Part shown: in pieces, positions 18,406-28,422 of the stretch
How positions within the stretch are numbered: the first letter of the stretch is position 1
Layout of the letters: each line of letters begins with the position of its first letter
Assembly (NCBI GenBank): GCA_038245785.1
Contig: JBBRSB010000039.1
Location: 1-38,154 of the forward strand
Length of the DNA stretch: 38,154 nt
Direction: 5' to 3'
Source of the DNA: Gloeobacterales cyanobacterium
Lineage (GTDB): Bacteria > Cyanobacteriota > Cyanobacteriia > Gloeobacterales > PMM-0068
Program-made: the position numbers and the translations under genes
Notes under the pieces: generated by a model
Databases searched by the model: none
Told to the model about the DNA's origin: nothing
What the model saw: the letters and a program-made list of their open reading frames with translations, nothing else

Positions 18406-20580
18406 CTATTTGATAAACAACATTTCTTGATACGTGGGTAGCGGCCAAAAATCGTCGGCTATTTCACCCTCAAGGGCATCTGCATATTTGCGCACTTCAT
18501 CCATGAGCGGACGGATAGTTTTCGCAAAATACTGCATATGTTCTTCTGGGGTGGAAAAATCGTGCTGGTTAAAGGCTGTGCTTAATTTACTCACAGCATC
18601 CATCAGCGAATTCGCAAGCATTGCTACTTTTTCAGCACTCTCCTTATCAACCGCAATACCGATTTCCTTTAGCCTGGCAATAGTGAGAGAAAGTTCAGAT
18701 AAGTACTTCATGGCTGCAGGATAAATAACGGTTTTTGCCATACTTACCATCAGCTTGACCTCCACTTCAAGGGAAAGAAGGTACTGCTCTGTATACACGT
18801 CGAAACGGCTTGCCAGTTCAATGGGGGAAAGAACGCCTGTTTTGCTGAACAGCTCTTTAATGTATTCCCGCTTTAAAACGGGCAAAGCATCTGCGGTCGT
18901 TGGTAAGTTTTCTAACCCCCGCTCTTTCACCGCCATGGTGTGCCATTCCTCAGAGTAGCCATTCCCGCCAAATACAACAGCACCATGGTCGTCCATTACC
19001 TCTTTAAGTACGGTATGGATGGCGGCATTGAGTTCAGCTCCTTTGGCCATTTCACCTTCCAACTCATCGGCTATCCAGCTTAAAGAATCCGCCAGTATCG
19101 TATTCATGGCGACTAGGGGACCGGCAACAGACTGACCAGAACCTACTGCTCGAAATTCAAAACGGTTACCCGTAAAAGCGAAGGGCGACGTGCGATTTCT
19201 ATCTCCTGAGTCTTTGAAAAAGCTAGGTAAGGTGTCTATACCTAGATCCATCATTCCTTTAGGAGTGGAAGTTTCCAGCTCACCCTTGCTAATTTGCTCA
19301 AAGATATGTTCTAGCTGTGACCCTAAATAAACAGAGATGATCGCGGGTGGCGCTTCATTGGCACCCAATCGATGGTCATTGCTGGCAGTCGCCACCACGG
19401 CCCGCAAGAGCGCACCATATTTATGCGCGCCACGGATAATAGCGCCGCAGAAGACCAAAAACTGCGCATTCGAATGGGGGGTATCGCCCGGATCCAACAG
19501 GTTTCCTTGGGTGGCATTGCCGACAGACCAGTTGACGTGTTTACCGGAACCATTAATGCCTGCAAAGGGCTTTTCGTGCAGTAAACAAACAAAGCCATGT
19601 TTCTTTGCCATGTGACGAAGAATCGTCATTGTTAACTGTTGATGGTCGGTGGCGACATTCGCGGCTTCAAAAAACGGTGCAAGCTCAAATTGGCCTGGAG
19701 CTACTTCGTTATGTCTTGTTTTGGCAGGAATGCCCAGCCGATACATGCTCTCCTCCACATCCTGCATAAAGACTTGAACCCGCTCTGGGATTGCTCCAAA
19801 GTAGTGATCATCAAACTGTTGTCCCTTGGCAGGCGGTTTGCCAAACAGAGTCCGTCCAGCTAACAGGAGGTCAGGACGACTACTGGCAAAATTAGCATCG
19901 ACCAAAAAGTATTCCTGTTCTGCACCGCAGCTGGAGTTCACCGGAGCAATATCTGTGTAGCCCAGTATCTTTAGAACTCGAGTAGCGGCCTGGTTCATGG
20001 CTGAAATAGAACGGAGCAGCGGTGTCTTTTTGTCTAGCGCTTCACCCGTCCAGGATATGAAAACGGTAGGAATGCACAGGGTTAAGCCGTTGTCCGTTTC
20101 CATAACATAGGCAGGACTTGTCACATCCCAGGCGGTATATCCTCGAGCTTCAAAGGTAGAGCGAATGCCCCCATTAGGGAAGGACGAACCATCAGGTTCA
20201 CCCTGCACCAGTACTTTGCCCGTGAATTCTGTGATTACGGAGCCATCCCCTTGTACCGAGATGAAGCCATCGTGCTTCTCTGCAGTGGCGTTTGTTAATG
20301 GATAAAAGACATGGGAATAGTAGAGTGCACCTTTCGAGACGGCCCAGTCTTTCATAGAGGCTGCAACAATGTCAGCGACGGAGGTATCGAGCTTCTCGCC
20401 CGTCTCAATCGTTTTTTTTACGGATTTAAACACGGCTTTGGGAAGACGCTCTTGCATTTTGCTCAGGTTAAAAACATCTGAGGCCCACAGATCTTCCAAG
20501 CGCTCTGGAGCTTTGGGCGGCATGCACTCTCGATTGGTAATCTGATGAACCGCTTGAACACGTGATTGGTTCCCACTCAT
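18406..20580 (-). CDS. glnN: Glutamine synthetase type III
   Basis: 724 aa with [39 protein letters not shown] and [18 protein letters not shown]. Confidence 0.97.
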   Translation of the reverse strand: MSGNQSRVQAVHQITNRECMPPKAPERLEDLWASDVFNLSKMQERLPKAVFKSVKKTIETGEKLDTSVADIVAASMKDWAVSKGALYYSHVFYPLTNATAEKHDGFISVQGDGSVITEFTGKVLVQGEPDGSSFPNGGIRSTFEARGYTAWDVTSPAYVMETDNGLTLCIPTVFISWTGEALDKKTPLLRSISAMNQAATRVLKILGYTDIAPVNSSCGAEQEYFLVDANFASSRPDLLLAGRTLFGKPPAKGQQFDDHYFGAIPERVQVFMQDVEESMYRLGIPAKTRHNEVAPGQFELAPFFEAANVATDHQQLTMTILRHMAKKHGFVCLLHEKPFAGINGSGKHVNWSVGNATQGNLLDPGDTPHSNAQFLVFCGAIIRGAHKYGALLRAVVATASNDHRLGANEAPPAIISVYLGSQLEHIFEQISKGELETSTPKGMMDLGIDTLPSFFKDSGDRNRTSPFAFTGNRFEFRAVGSGQSVAGPLVAMNTILADSLSWIADELEGEMAKGAELNAAIHTVLKEVMDDHGAVVFGGNGYSEEWHTMAVKERGLENLPTTADALPVLKREYIKELFSKTGVLSPIELASRFDVYTEQYLLSLEVEVKLMVSMAKTVIYPAAMKYLSELSLTIARLKEIGIAVDKESAEKVAMLANSLMDAVSKLSTAFNQHDFSTPEEHMQYFAKTIRPLMDEVRKYADALEGEIADDFWPLPTYQEMLFIK

Positions 20581-20697
20581 AGTTCTTCTCCCTGTCTACT
20601 TCAATGTGTGAGCAGTTTGTCTCAGGAGATGGTAGTCGATCACGATCCAACGAAGTGTGTAATAGATGGCAGAATCGCGCAACTATTTCTGCATAAA

Positions 20698-20711
20698 GTA
20701 GCGATAGCTAC
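20698..20711. promoter_or_regulatory. NtcA binding site (glnN-proximal)
   Basis: Perfect GTA-N8-TAC (GTAgcgatagcTAC), about 118 bp upstream of glnN. No canonically spaced -10 box was found. Confidence 0.7.
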
Positions 20712-20830
20712 CGAATAGTAGTTCTAATCAAATCTTATTTAACTAATCTTAACTATTTAGGGCCTAAGGCTTCTATCTCCCTAGGCCATTGAATTTAAGC
20801 AGTGTTTCAGGGGCCTAGTGTGCGAATACG

Positions 20831-20873
20831 GTAACTGTTGATACTCCAGACCTGATTGGCCCTACAGTAGCTT
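20831..20873 (+). promoter_or_regulatory. NtcA-activated promoter for ppk2-amt
   Basis: GTAactgttgaTAC (20831-20844) followed 23 nt later by the TAN3T box TAGCTT (20868-20873). Confidence 0.72.
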
Positions 20874-20961
20874 TCCTTGGTGTGCCAACCTGCATCTGAG
20901 TGATCAACCTGTGAACTGATTGCTCAGATGTCCAGGCAATATTAAGAGGAAGGAATAACTA

Positions 20962-21900
20962 ATGGAACGAGTAGAACTAGCTCAAAAAAAAGCTTCTTCC
21001 AATGGTTCCCATGCACAGGAAGTAGCACTCAAACAAGAATTCGAGCAACCTGAAAAGCTAAAGAAATCCACGAAAAAGAAGCAGAAGAAAGAGGGAAAGT
21101 CAGAAAAGTTGGAACCTTTAAATAAGCAAATGACAACGAGTGCTTACGAAAAAGAGGTTTCTAAACTTAATGTTGAGCTGGTCAAGTTGCAGTACTGGAT
21201 TAAGCACACCGGGCTACGGGTTGTAATTCTGTTCGAGGGGCGCGACGCTGCTGGCAAAGGCGGCACGATCAAGCGGATTGTAGAGTGCTTGAATCCTCGG
21301 GGCTGTCGGGTAGTTGCCTTGGGAACGCCTTCCGATCACGAGAAGACCCAGTGGTATTTCCAACGCTATGTGCAACATCTCCCAGGAGCTGGAGAGATTG
21401 TGATTTTTGACCGCAGTTGGTACAACCGTGCGGGTGTAGAGCGTGTCATGGATTTTTGTACGGAGGCTGAGTATCAAGAATTCATGCACTCCTGTCCCCA
21501 GTTTGAACGTATGTTGGTGCGCTCTGGAATCATTGTCCTCAAATATTGGTTTTCTGTTAGCGATGAAGAGCAGGAACGTCGGTTCCAATGTCGTATCCAT
21601 GATCCGGTTAAGCGCTGGAAGCTGAGTCCTATGGATCTGGAGTCCAGAGATCGATGGGTGGAATATTCAAAAGCGAAGGACGAAATGTTGGCCCACACCA
21701 ATATTCCAGAAGCGCCCTGGTTCACCGTTGAAGCCAATGATAAAAAGCGGGCTCGTTTGAATTGTATGCATCACCTTTTGAGCAAGATTCCTTATCAGGA
21801 TATGACGCCTGACCCCTTGGCCCTACCGCCGAGAAAGCCTGCGGGTGATTATGTGCGTCCTCCAAAGAATGAGCAGTTTTTCGTACCAGAAATGTATTAG
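20962..21900 (+). CDS. ppk2: Polyphosphate kinase 2
   Basis: FEGRDAAGKGG, WYFQRY, FDRSWYNR and KRWKLSPMD motifs, with a Lys-rich N-terminal extension. Confidence 0.95.
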   Translation: MERVELAQKKASSNGSHAQEVALKQEFEQPEKLKKSTKKKQKKEGKSEKLEPLNKQMTTSAYEKEVSKLNVELVKLQYWIKHTGLRVVILFEGRDAAGKGGTIKRIVECLNPRGCRVVALGTPSDHEKTQWYFQRYVQHLPGAGEIVIFDRSWYNRAGVERVMDFCTEAEYQEFMHSCPQFERMLVRSGIIVLKYWFSVSDEEQERRFQCRIHDPVKRWKLSPMDLESRDRWVEYSKAKDEMLAHTNIPEAPWFTVEANDKKRARLNCMHHLLSKIPYQDMTPDPLALPPRKPAGDYVRPPKNEQFFVPEMY

Positions 21901-21945
21901 CGGCAGCCTGAACTTAAATTACTGAACGAGGGAGTTTACCTATTC

Positions 21946-23409
21946 ATGCGTGAAAAATTGAGTGAGAACCTGAAAACTATATCGTTGGGCCTAGTCTTAG
22001 CTATGGCTACAGCCGCTCCTGCTTTTGCAGAAGAGGCTCCCAAGATTGATAGTGGAGATACGGCTTGGATTCTGGCCTCAGCGGCTTTGGTCCTGCTGAT
22101 GACGCCCGGCCTGGCCTTCTTCTACGGTGGAATGGTACGAGGTAAAAACTCGTTGAATACGCTGATGATGAGTTTTGTGGCCCTAGCCGTTGTCGGCCTC
22201 GAGTGGGTTCTATTTGGCTATTCTCTGGCTTTTGCTCCCGGTTCTCAATGGCTGGGAGGCCTTCAGTGGTTGGGCCTCAATGGTGTGGGCCAAGAACCGA
22301 GTCCGCTCTATATGAGCACCGTGCCGCATTTGGCCTTCATGGTCTTCCAGGCCATGTTTGCGGTGATTACACCAGCGCTGATGTCGGGCAGCGTTGTTAG
22401 CCGAATGAAATTCAAAACCTATGTTGTATTCATCATGCTCTGGTCTGCTGTGGTCTATGTTCCAATAGCCCACTGGGTTTGGAGTTTCACGACAGGCCCT
22501 GACGGCAAGCTCATTCCTGGTGGCTGGGTAGGGACTTTGGGCGGTCTAGACTTTGCTGGAGGAACGGTGGTTCATATTAGTGCTGGGGTTTCAGCTTTGT
22601 TGGCGGCGCTGATTATTGGTCGCCGTAAGGGTTACCTTGAACAGCCGATGCCTCCGCACAATGTGCCTTTTGTTCTCTTGGGCGCGGGATTGCTCTGGTT
22701 TGGTTGGTTTGGATTCAATGCCGGTTCAGCAGGTGCTGCCAACGGTCTAGCGGCGGCGGCTTTTGTCACTACCAATACAGCAGCAGCGGCAGCGATGGCG
22801 ACCTGGATGTTGATTGAGACGTTTTCTAATGACATCCAAAAGCCGACAGCGATTGGAGCGGCTACAGGTGCTGTGGTTGGTCTAGTCGCGATTACGCCAG
22901 CAGCAGGCTTTGTCACTCCCTTAGCGGCGATTGCGATTGGCGGTATCGCTGCGATTATCAGCTACTACATGGTCCAGCTGCGGTCTAAGCTCAAGTATGA
23001 CGATTCTTTGGATGTCTTTGGCTGCCATGGAATGGGTGGTCTGACAGGAGCTATTTTGACAGGAGTCTTTTGTACGAAAGCGGTCAACCCAGCGGTAGCC
23101 AACGAAGGCTTAGCCTACGGGGGCGGCTTCACCCAGGTTTGGATTCAACTGCTGAGTGTGTTGGGTACGGTTGCCATAGCGACAGTAGGAACCGTTACGA
23201 TCCTCTATGCTCTGAAGTTCACGATGGGCTTACGCACGGATGAACAAATTGAGCAAGAAGGTTTGGATATCCACGAGCATGGCGAAGAGAGCTACACGGG
23301 CCTGGTGGGTGGCTATGCGCTAGCCGAAGAGGAAAGCCCTTTCGCTCCCTCCATGAGTCCTGCGCCGCAATCAAACCAATCCAATATTCCACGGCCTGCG
23401 CAAGAGTGA
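21946..23409 (+). CDS. amt: Ammonium transporter
   Basis: Signal peptide, MTPGLAFFYGG, DFAGGTVVH, LWFGWFGFNAGS and DDSLDVFGCHG (twin His). Confidence 0.96.
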   Translation: MREKLSENLKTISLGLVLAMATAAPAFAEEAPKIDSGDTAWILASAALVLLMTPGLAFFYGGMVRGKNSLNTLMMSFVALAVVGLEWVLFGYSLAFAPGSQWLGGLQWLGLNGVGQEPSPLYMSTVPHLAFMVFQAMFAVITPALMSGSVVSRMKFKTYVVFIMLWSAVVYVPIAHWVWSFTTGPDGKLIPGGWVGTLGGLDFAGGTVVHISAGVSALLAALIIGRRKGYLEQPMPPHNVPFVLLGAGLLWFGWFGFNAGSAGAANGLAAAAFVTTNTAAAAAMATWMLIETFSNDIQKPTAIGAATGAVVGLVAITPAAGFVTPLAAIAIGGIAAIISYYMVQLRSKLKYDDSLDVFGCHGMGGLTGAILTGVFCTKAVNPAVANEGLAYGGGFTQVWIQLLSVLGTVAIATVGTVTILYALKFTMGLRTDEQIEQEGLDIHEHGEESYTGLVGGYALAEEESPFAPSMSPAPQSNQSNIPRPAQE

Positions 23410-23450
23410 AACAAGTTACAGAAGCAATTTCTCTCCTATTTCTATTCTGT

Positions 23451-23474
23451 AGCCTCCTTTTGGAGGCTTTTTTG
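23451..23474 (+). terminator. Rho-independent terminator of ppk2-amt
   Basis: agcctcc-tttt-ggaggct followed by a T run. Confidence 0.85.
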
Positions 23475-23724
23475 CGCTGTAGTTTAGAGTGCTGATACCT
23501 GCTGTCTATCTGTGGTGAGATGTTCTGGCAGTTCAAGCTCTTAAGAGGTAAGGGTCTTAATAGATCTGTCCATCGCTATAGTTAGAAAACAGTAGTCAAG
23601 CCTGATGCACATGATGAAGTTAATCGGTAAGGAGTGGCATAGCCAGATAATATAAGAACTACCTTGATTGCTTGAGTACATTCATTTTTAAGCAAGCTAG
23701 GGGGAGAAGGGGAGGCAGTCAGAA

Positions 23725-24291
23725 ATGACGATCGCATCTGAAAAGAAAATTTGGACGGACGAGGAGTTCATGGCGTTGCCGAAGGATGGCGGGCGCTATG
23801 AGTTGGTGGATGGGGATTTGGTAACTATGAGTAATTCGGGGTTGGAGCATGGCGAGATTGGACTCTTGCTGGGAGGCAGGCTAATCTTCTATGTCCGAGA
23901 GCAAAAGCTGGGAAGTGCTTTTGACTCCAGTACCGGATTTCGGATGAAGTCAGGCAATATTCGCTCGCCCGACGTTGGCTTCGTTGCAAAGGAGAGACTT
24001 CAGGGACTCAAGCGTCCGCCTAAGGGGTTCTTTGACGGTGCCCCTGATTTAGCTGTTGAGGTGCTTTCGCCAAGCAATACGCTTGAAGAAATGCACAACA
24101 AAATTGTTGAATACTTTGAAAATGGCACTCGATTGGTTTGGGTGATTAACCCCCAGGAATACTATGTGTTGATTTACCATGCGCCTAACCCAGATGTTTT
24201 TTTACGAGTCGGTGATCGCCTGGACGGGGAAGATATTGTTCCAGGGTTTTCTTTGCCTATTGCGGAGTTATTTGCAGAGTGGGAGTTTTAG
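23725..24291 (+). CDS. Uma2/DUF820 family PD-(D/E)XK endonuclease-like protein
   Basis: RYELVDG, RSPDVGF, APDLAVEVLSPS and YFENGTRLVWVINP. Confidence 0.93.
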   Translation: MTIASEKKIWTDEEFMALPKDGGRYELVDGDLVTMSNSGLEHGEIGLLLGGRLIFYVREQKLGSAFDSSTGFRMKSGNIRSPDVGFVAKERLQGLKRPPKGFFDGAPDLAVEVLSPSNTLEEMHNKIVEYFENGTRLVWVINPQEYYVLIYHAPNPDVFLRVGDRLDGEDIVPGFSLPIAELFAEWEF

Positions 24292-24328
24292 GGAGTGGTG
24301 CAGTCCTTTATCGAAACTCAATTTCCGG

Positions 24329-25390
24329 TCACGAATCCCAGCGGCTCTCTGTAGAAATCTTGACGCCAATGCGGAGTTTTCCTAGCTCTACTGAGGGATT
24401 CTCCGTGGTCAAAGGTTTGACTTGCCTGAGCAAATCTCTGAGGTGGCGGGTGCTAGCTCCAGACTCTGCATCCAATTGGTCATGGACGGTACATAGCTTA
24501 TTCCAGGCAGTGTGGAGTTGAGAAATGGTGGATTCTACGCGGTAGGCCAGTTTAAGTAATTCAGCCGTTTGGGCTAGTTTACCGATGCGGGCGGCTTCCC
24601 CAAGCGCTTCTTGGGCATTCAGCTCTTCGCCTAAACACTGTACTCTCCGAGCATCATCTAGATACCGGCCGACAGAACGGGCTTCAGCTGTAACCCGCTT
24701 TAGGGTATCTGCATCTGGGTTAGCTTCAATTTCTTCTGTAAAAAAGATGCGTTCCTCTGGCGGTAATTTTTCCAATTCTCGAACCGCAGAGGCTACATAA
24801 CGGGTAGGAATATGGGCCTGGGATATGCGGTCCCGCGTTTCTTCAGGGAGCGTATCGCTGGTCAGTGCCATCCATTCATCGCTCAGGCGTTGGACTTCTC
24901 GCTTGGTGACCCGCTTACCACTGAGGGCCGCATCGACTACGACGGTCTGGATCTGCTCAGGAGCGTTGGCTGCTTCCACAAAAGCCGCTTTGCTGAAGCG
25001 GTTCATCGATTTCTGGTCAAGGTCATTCGCTTTTAAGAAGCTGTCACTGGCTTCTGCCAGCTCAATCAAGCGGTAGGCTCGACTTTTGGTGATTTCTCGC
25101 TCCCGTAACCACGCTTCAAAATGCCCTCCCTCTTTAGCAAGCTCTCTGTCCCGAACCGTTCTAAGAATGCGTCCTCGCCAAACGTCAGTCTGCAGGTCAA
25201 AACGGTCACAGACATTCCAGGCATAGTCAATCTGGATATCGAATTCGGTTGCACTTACCGTCTGATCATGCGGATCAGGCAGGGAAAATTCCAATACCTG
25301 GAGGGCTAATTCTTCTGGGGTTTGAACGGCAAGAGGATTCATATAGAGGAGCATGTCTCTAGGTAAGCTCAGCGATTGTAGCAGATGCAA
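24329..25390 (-). CDS. Conserved cyanobacterial hypothetical protein (helical); start uncertain (25390/25354/25342)
   Basis: 353-aa ORF. AWNVCDRFDLQTDVWRGRILR resembles a cyanobacteria-wide uncharacterised family, from memory. Confidence 0.8.
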   Translation of the reverse strand: MHLLQSLSLPRDMLLYMNPLAVQTPEELALQVLEFSLPDPHDQTVSATEFDIQIDYAWNVCDRFDLQTDVWRGRILRTVRDRELAKEGGHFEAWLREREITKSRAYRLIELAEASDSFLKANDLDQKSMNRFSKAAFVEAANAPEQIQTVVVDAALSGKRVTKREVQRLSDEWMALTSDTLPEETRDRISQAHIPTRYVASAVRELEKLPPEERIFFTEEIEANPDADTLKRVTAEARSVGRYLDDARRVQCLGEELNAQEALGEAARIGKLAQTAELLKLAYRVESTISQLHTAWNKLCTVHDQLDAESGASTRHLRDLLRQVKPLTTENPSVELGKLRIGVKISTESRWDS

Positions 25391-25412
25391 ATCGTTAACC
25401 TACGGGGCTTGC

Positions 25413-27368
25413 CTATTGGTTCATGTATTCAGCAAAATCGCGACAAACAGCTTGGTACAGCTCTCCTGTGCCCTGTGCCGTATCAATGACACTGTACAAA
25501 TTCAGGGGTTCCGTTTGACCTTTGAGCAAAAAAGCACCTAGATTTTCTAGTCTAATCTCCTCTTTAATCAATTCATATACAGATTGTGTGACGAGAATAT
25601 CAACGCCTAGTTCTTTAGTCTTGCTTTCTACACGGGCCGCAATATTTACTGTATTACCAATCACGGTGTATTCTAGCTTTTTGGAGGAGCCCACATTGCC
25701 TGCGATCGCTTCACCAAAATGAATCCCGATACCATTAAATAAGAGCGGCTTGCCTTCATTTTTCCATTGAGTGCGGAGTTTGTGTAATACTTTTCTCATC
25801 GCCAAAGCAGCATGAATGGAAGCAAGCGCCTCTGCTTTATCTCCTCGAAAGATAGGATTGCCAAATTCTGCCATCAGGGCATCACCAATAAATTTATCTA
25901 GCACTCCATTTTGGTCTAAGACCTGCTCCACCATTTGTTCTAAGTACTGATTGAGCTGTATTACCAACTGCTCTGGATTCATCTCGTTGGCAAGAAAACT
26001 GAAGCCCCGTATATCTGCAAAAAGAACGGCAACTTTGCAGCGTTTACCTCCTAACGTTTGAGAAAAAATATCGGGCTTAGATAAGATTTCCTCCAGTACA
26101 GGTTTAGAAACTCTGACTTCTAAAATTTTTCTCAGACGCAAACGGCCCAACTGCTCTTGTACAGCAGTTGTAATGATATTCATTGAAGCTGTGATTAGAA
26201 TAGTGCCTAAAAGTCCTGAGACTGGGAGCATCCATTGCTGTAAGAAAATTAGGTAACTGCCGCTAAGGGCGAGTGCTAATAAACTTAAGCTTATGATTAT
26301 TTTTTTGAGGATATTGTCAGAGAAGCTAAGGAGAAAACCTATTCCTAAACCTGAGGAGATGATCAGAATACTATTCAGAATGGAGTCTAACTGCTTAATA
26401 TCGTTGCCCCGTAGAAGTGTGCCCAGGATGTTGGCATGAATTTCAATACCAGGCATAAAACCAAAAGGAGTATTATGTATATCTTGCAAAATCTCAGCAG
26501 TTCCACCAATAAGGACAATCTTATCTTTAAATACAGCTCCTGATTTGAGATTATTTCTCCAGAGAAGAGGGTCAAAGAGCATAGAATAAGAGTAGGTTGG
26601 ATAAGTATTTATGGGCCCACTATAGTTGATTTCTATATCTCGTTTGGGAACTTCTTTCTGGAGTATGGAAAAGGCAAAGGGTTTGATTTCTATACCTTGT
26701 TTCTTCATCGTATGGAGTGTATAGCTAATCTCACTATTCTCAATATTATCTTTTCCTGAGACTTTGAAAATCTGTTGATTGATACTATGTTGATAATCTA
26801 GGTTCACTAAACCTATCCGGTTGCCTGGAATTTGAAATATATCCAGGGGTGTACTAATCCTCGAGTAGGATTGTTCTGCATTGAGCAGAACTTTTTCATG
26901 TTGTGCTGCAAAGACAATACGACCAGGATAGTGTTTTAAACTTTTTTGAAACGCCAAGTCATCCTGTTGACCATGAGCACTTTGTGCATCGAAGGCAATG
27001 TCAAAAGCGATAGTTTTAGCCCCTGCTTGGCGTAACTGTTCTATGGCCCATCCATGAACTTTGCGAGGCCAAGGCCAGGATTTCAGACTTGCCAAACGAG
27101 GATGATTTCGTAATTCTTCTTCACCCACTTGGTCCAAGACATTGAGTGAATTTTCATCAATGGCAAGAATAACAATTTCAGGGGCAGGGCTTGATCTTCC
27201 TCTTTGACGAAAAAATAGCTCTTCAATGCTATAGTTGGCCCATTTCATCGGAAAACTAATGTCTAGACTCCAGGCTTTTCCAAAATGGAAAGTAGGAGAA
27301 AGTAAGGGGACAGCAAAGCCTAAGCCTACGAGTAGACCGATGATCATCGGTTTTTTTTGGACTTTCAT
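25413..27368 (-). CDS. CHASE2-domain class III adenylate cyclase
   Basis: N-terminal TM; CHASE2 motifs IVILAIDE, WPWPR, IAFDI, KIVLIG and PGIEIHAN; three TM helices; cyclase motifs FADIRGF, DKFIGDA (ATP-specifying Lys) and YTVIGNTVNIAAR. Confidence 0.93.
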   Translation of the reverse strand: MKVQKKPMIIGLLVGLGFAVPLLSPTFHFGKAWSLDISFPMKWANYSIEELFFRQRGRSSPAPEIVILAIDENSLNVLDQVGEEELRNHPRLASLKSWPWPRKVHGWAIEQLRQAGAKTIAFDIAFDAQSAHGQQDDLAFQKSLKHYPGRIVFAAQHEKVLLNAEQSYSRISTPLDIFQIPGNRIGLVNLDYQHSINQQIFKVSGKDNIENSEISYTLHTMKKQGIEIKPFAFSILQKEVPKRDIEINYSGPINTYPTYSYSMLFDPLLWRNNLKSGAVFKDKIVLIGGTAEILQDIHNTPFGFMPGIEIHANILGTLLRGNDIKQLDSILNSILIISSGLGIGFLLSFSDNILKKIIISLSLLALALSGSYLIFLQQWMLPVSGLLGTILITASMNIITTAVQEQLGRLRLRKILEVRVSKPVLEEILSKPDIFSQTLGGKRCKVAVLFADIRGFSFLANEMNPEQLVIQLNQYLEQMVEQVLDQNGVLDKFIGDALMAEFGNPIFRGDKAEALASIHAALAMRKVLHKLRTQWKNEGKPLLFNGIGIHFGEAIAGNVGSSKKLEYTVIGNTVNIAARVESKTKELGVDILVTQSVYELIKEEIRLENLGAFLLKGQTEPLNLYSVIDTAQGTGELYQAVCRDFAEYMNQ

Positions 27369-27376
27369 AGAGCTGC

Positions 27377-28411
27377 TTAGAAAAGGGGCATAAGCGTACT
27401 GAGTTCAAATCCTGTGGAAAATGCTCCATAGTTTGAGAAGCGATTGCTGGATCTATTAAAGTCATAATTGGCTATATAGCTAAGCAGCATCTGTGGAGAA
27501 ATAGCATATTCCAGTTTTAAGCTAACTTGATTGTTGATGTCATTGCGTCGTTGTTGAGAATAGTCGTCAAATCTAATACGATATCCAAGGTCTGCATTTA
27601 AATTCGGCAACAAAACAGCTTTTAGATTAGTGCCAATACTGTGGCTATAGTGAGAGGAGGCAGTTGAGAAATTACTTCCACTTGTAGTTGCATGACTTTC
27701 ACTTTGGGCTGTTATGCTAATTTGCATGTCCTGATTGATAGGGATATTATGGCGTACATTGGTAATCACCCCTAAGTCTGAAAAAAATTTTTTGTTAGCA
27801 GGAAAACTATATAAAGCTGTGCCAAAGCCAATAAGTGATAGGGTGGTACGGGGATTAGCTTCCCAAATCAATCCAGTCGAAATATTTTTAAAGTCCAGAC
27901 TGAGTGCACGAAACTTTGAATATCTAATAGAACCCTGATTAATACCGATGAGCAGTCTTAAGTTTTTACCGATTTTAGGTATAGCGTTGACTCCTACAGA
28001 AGTGCTGAAAACTCCTTCTTCAATAGGCTTTAATGGGGAGAAAAGAACGTTCTTATTACTCATAAAGCCCATAGAAGCGGACAAATAAACTGAAGGTTCC
28101 TTTTTGGATTCACCTGTTTGCAATTCGACTAAGTTGCCAAGTTCATCTTTATCCTCATAGTTTTCACTCTCAAAGATGTCAGAGTACCTTTTCTGAGACT
28201 TGACTACGCTTAATTCAATGGGAGCCCCTAAGTCTTGGCTATTGCGACTAGATTTTTCCTCTGTGTTTTCAATATTGGAGAGGTTTGATGCCTCCATCTG
28301 TTTTATATCATTGTCATTTAGTATTGGCTTTGCAACTACTGAATGTATAGGAGATGCGATTGAAAGCATAAGTGCTAGTAGGCAAAAGTTGAATGAGATT
28401 TTTCCTTTCAT
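27377..28411 (-). CDS. Predicted outer-membrane beta-barrel protein
   Basis: Signal peptide, an acidic/disordered N-segment, amphipathic aromatic-rich strands and a C-terminal Phe. It ends 8 bp before the cyclase start. Confidence 0.75.
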   Translation of the reverse strand: MKGKISFNFCLLALMLSIASPIHSVVAKPILNDNDIKQMEASNLSNIENTEEKSSRNSQDLGAPIELSVVKSQKRYSDIFESENYEDKDELGNLVELQTGESKKEPSVYLSASMGFMSNKNVLFSPLKPIEEGVFSTSVGVNAIPKIGKNLRLLIGINQGSIRYSKFRALSLDFKNISTGLIWEANPRTTLSLIGFGTALYSFPANKKFFSDLGVITNVRHNIPINQDMQISITAQSESHATTSGSNFSTASSHYSHSIGTNLKAVLLPNLNADLGYRIRFDDYSQQRRNDINNQVSLKLEYAISPQMLLSYIANYDFNRSSNRFSNYGAFSTGFELSTLMPLF

Positions 28412-28422
28412 ATACAGTTGCC

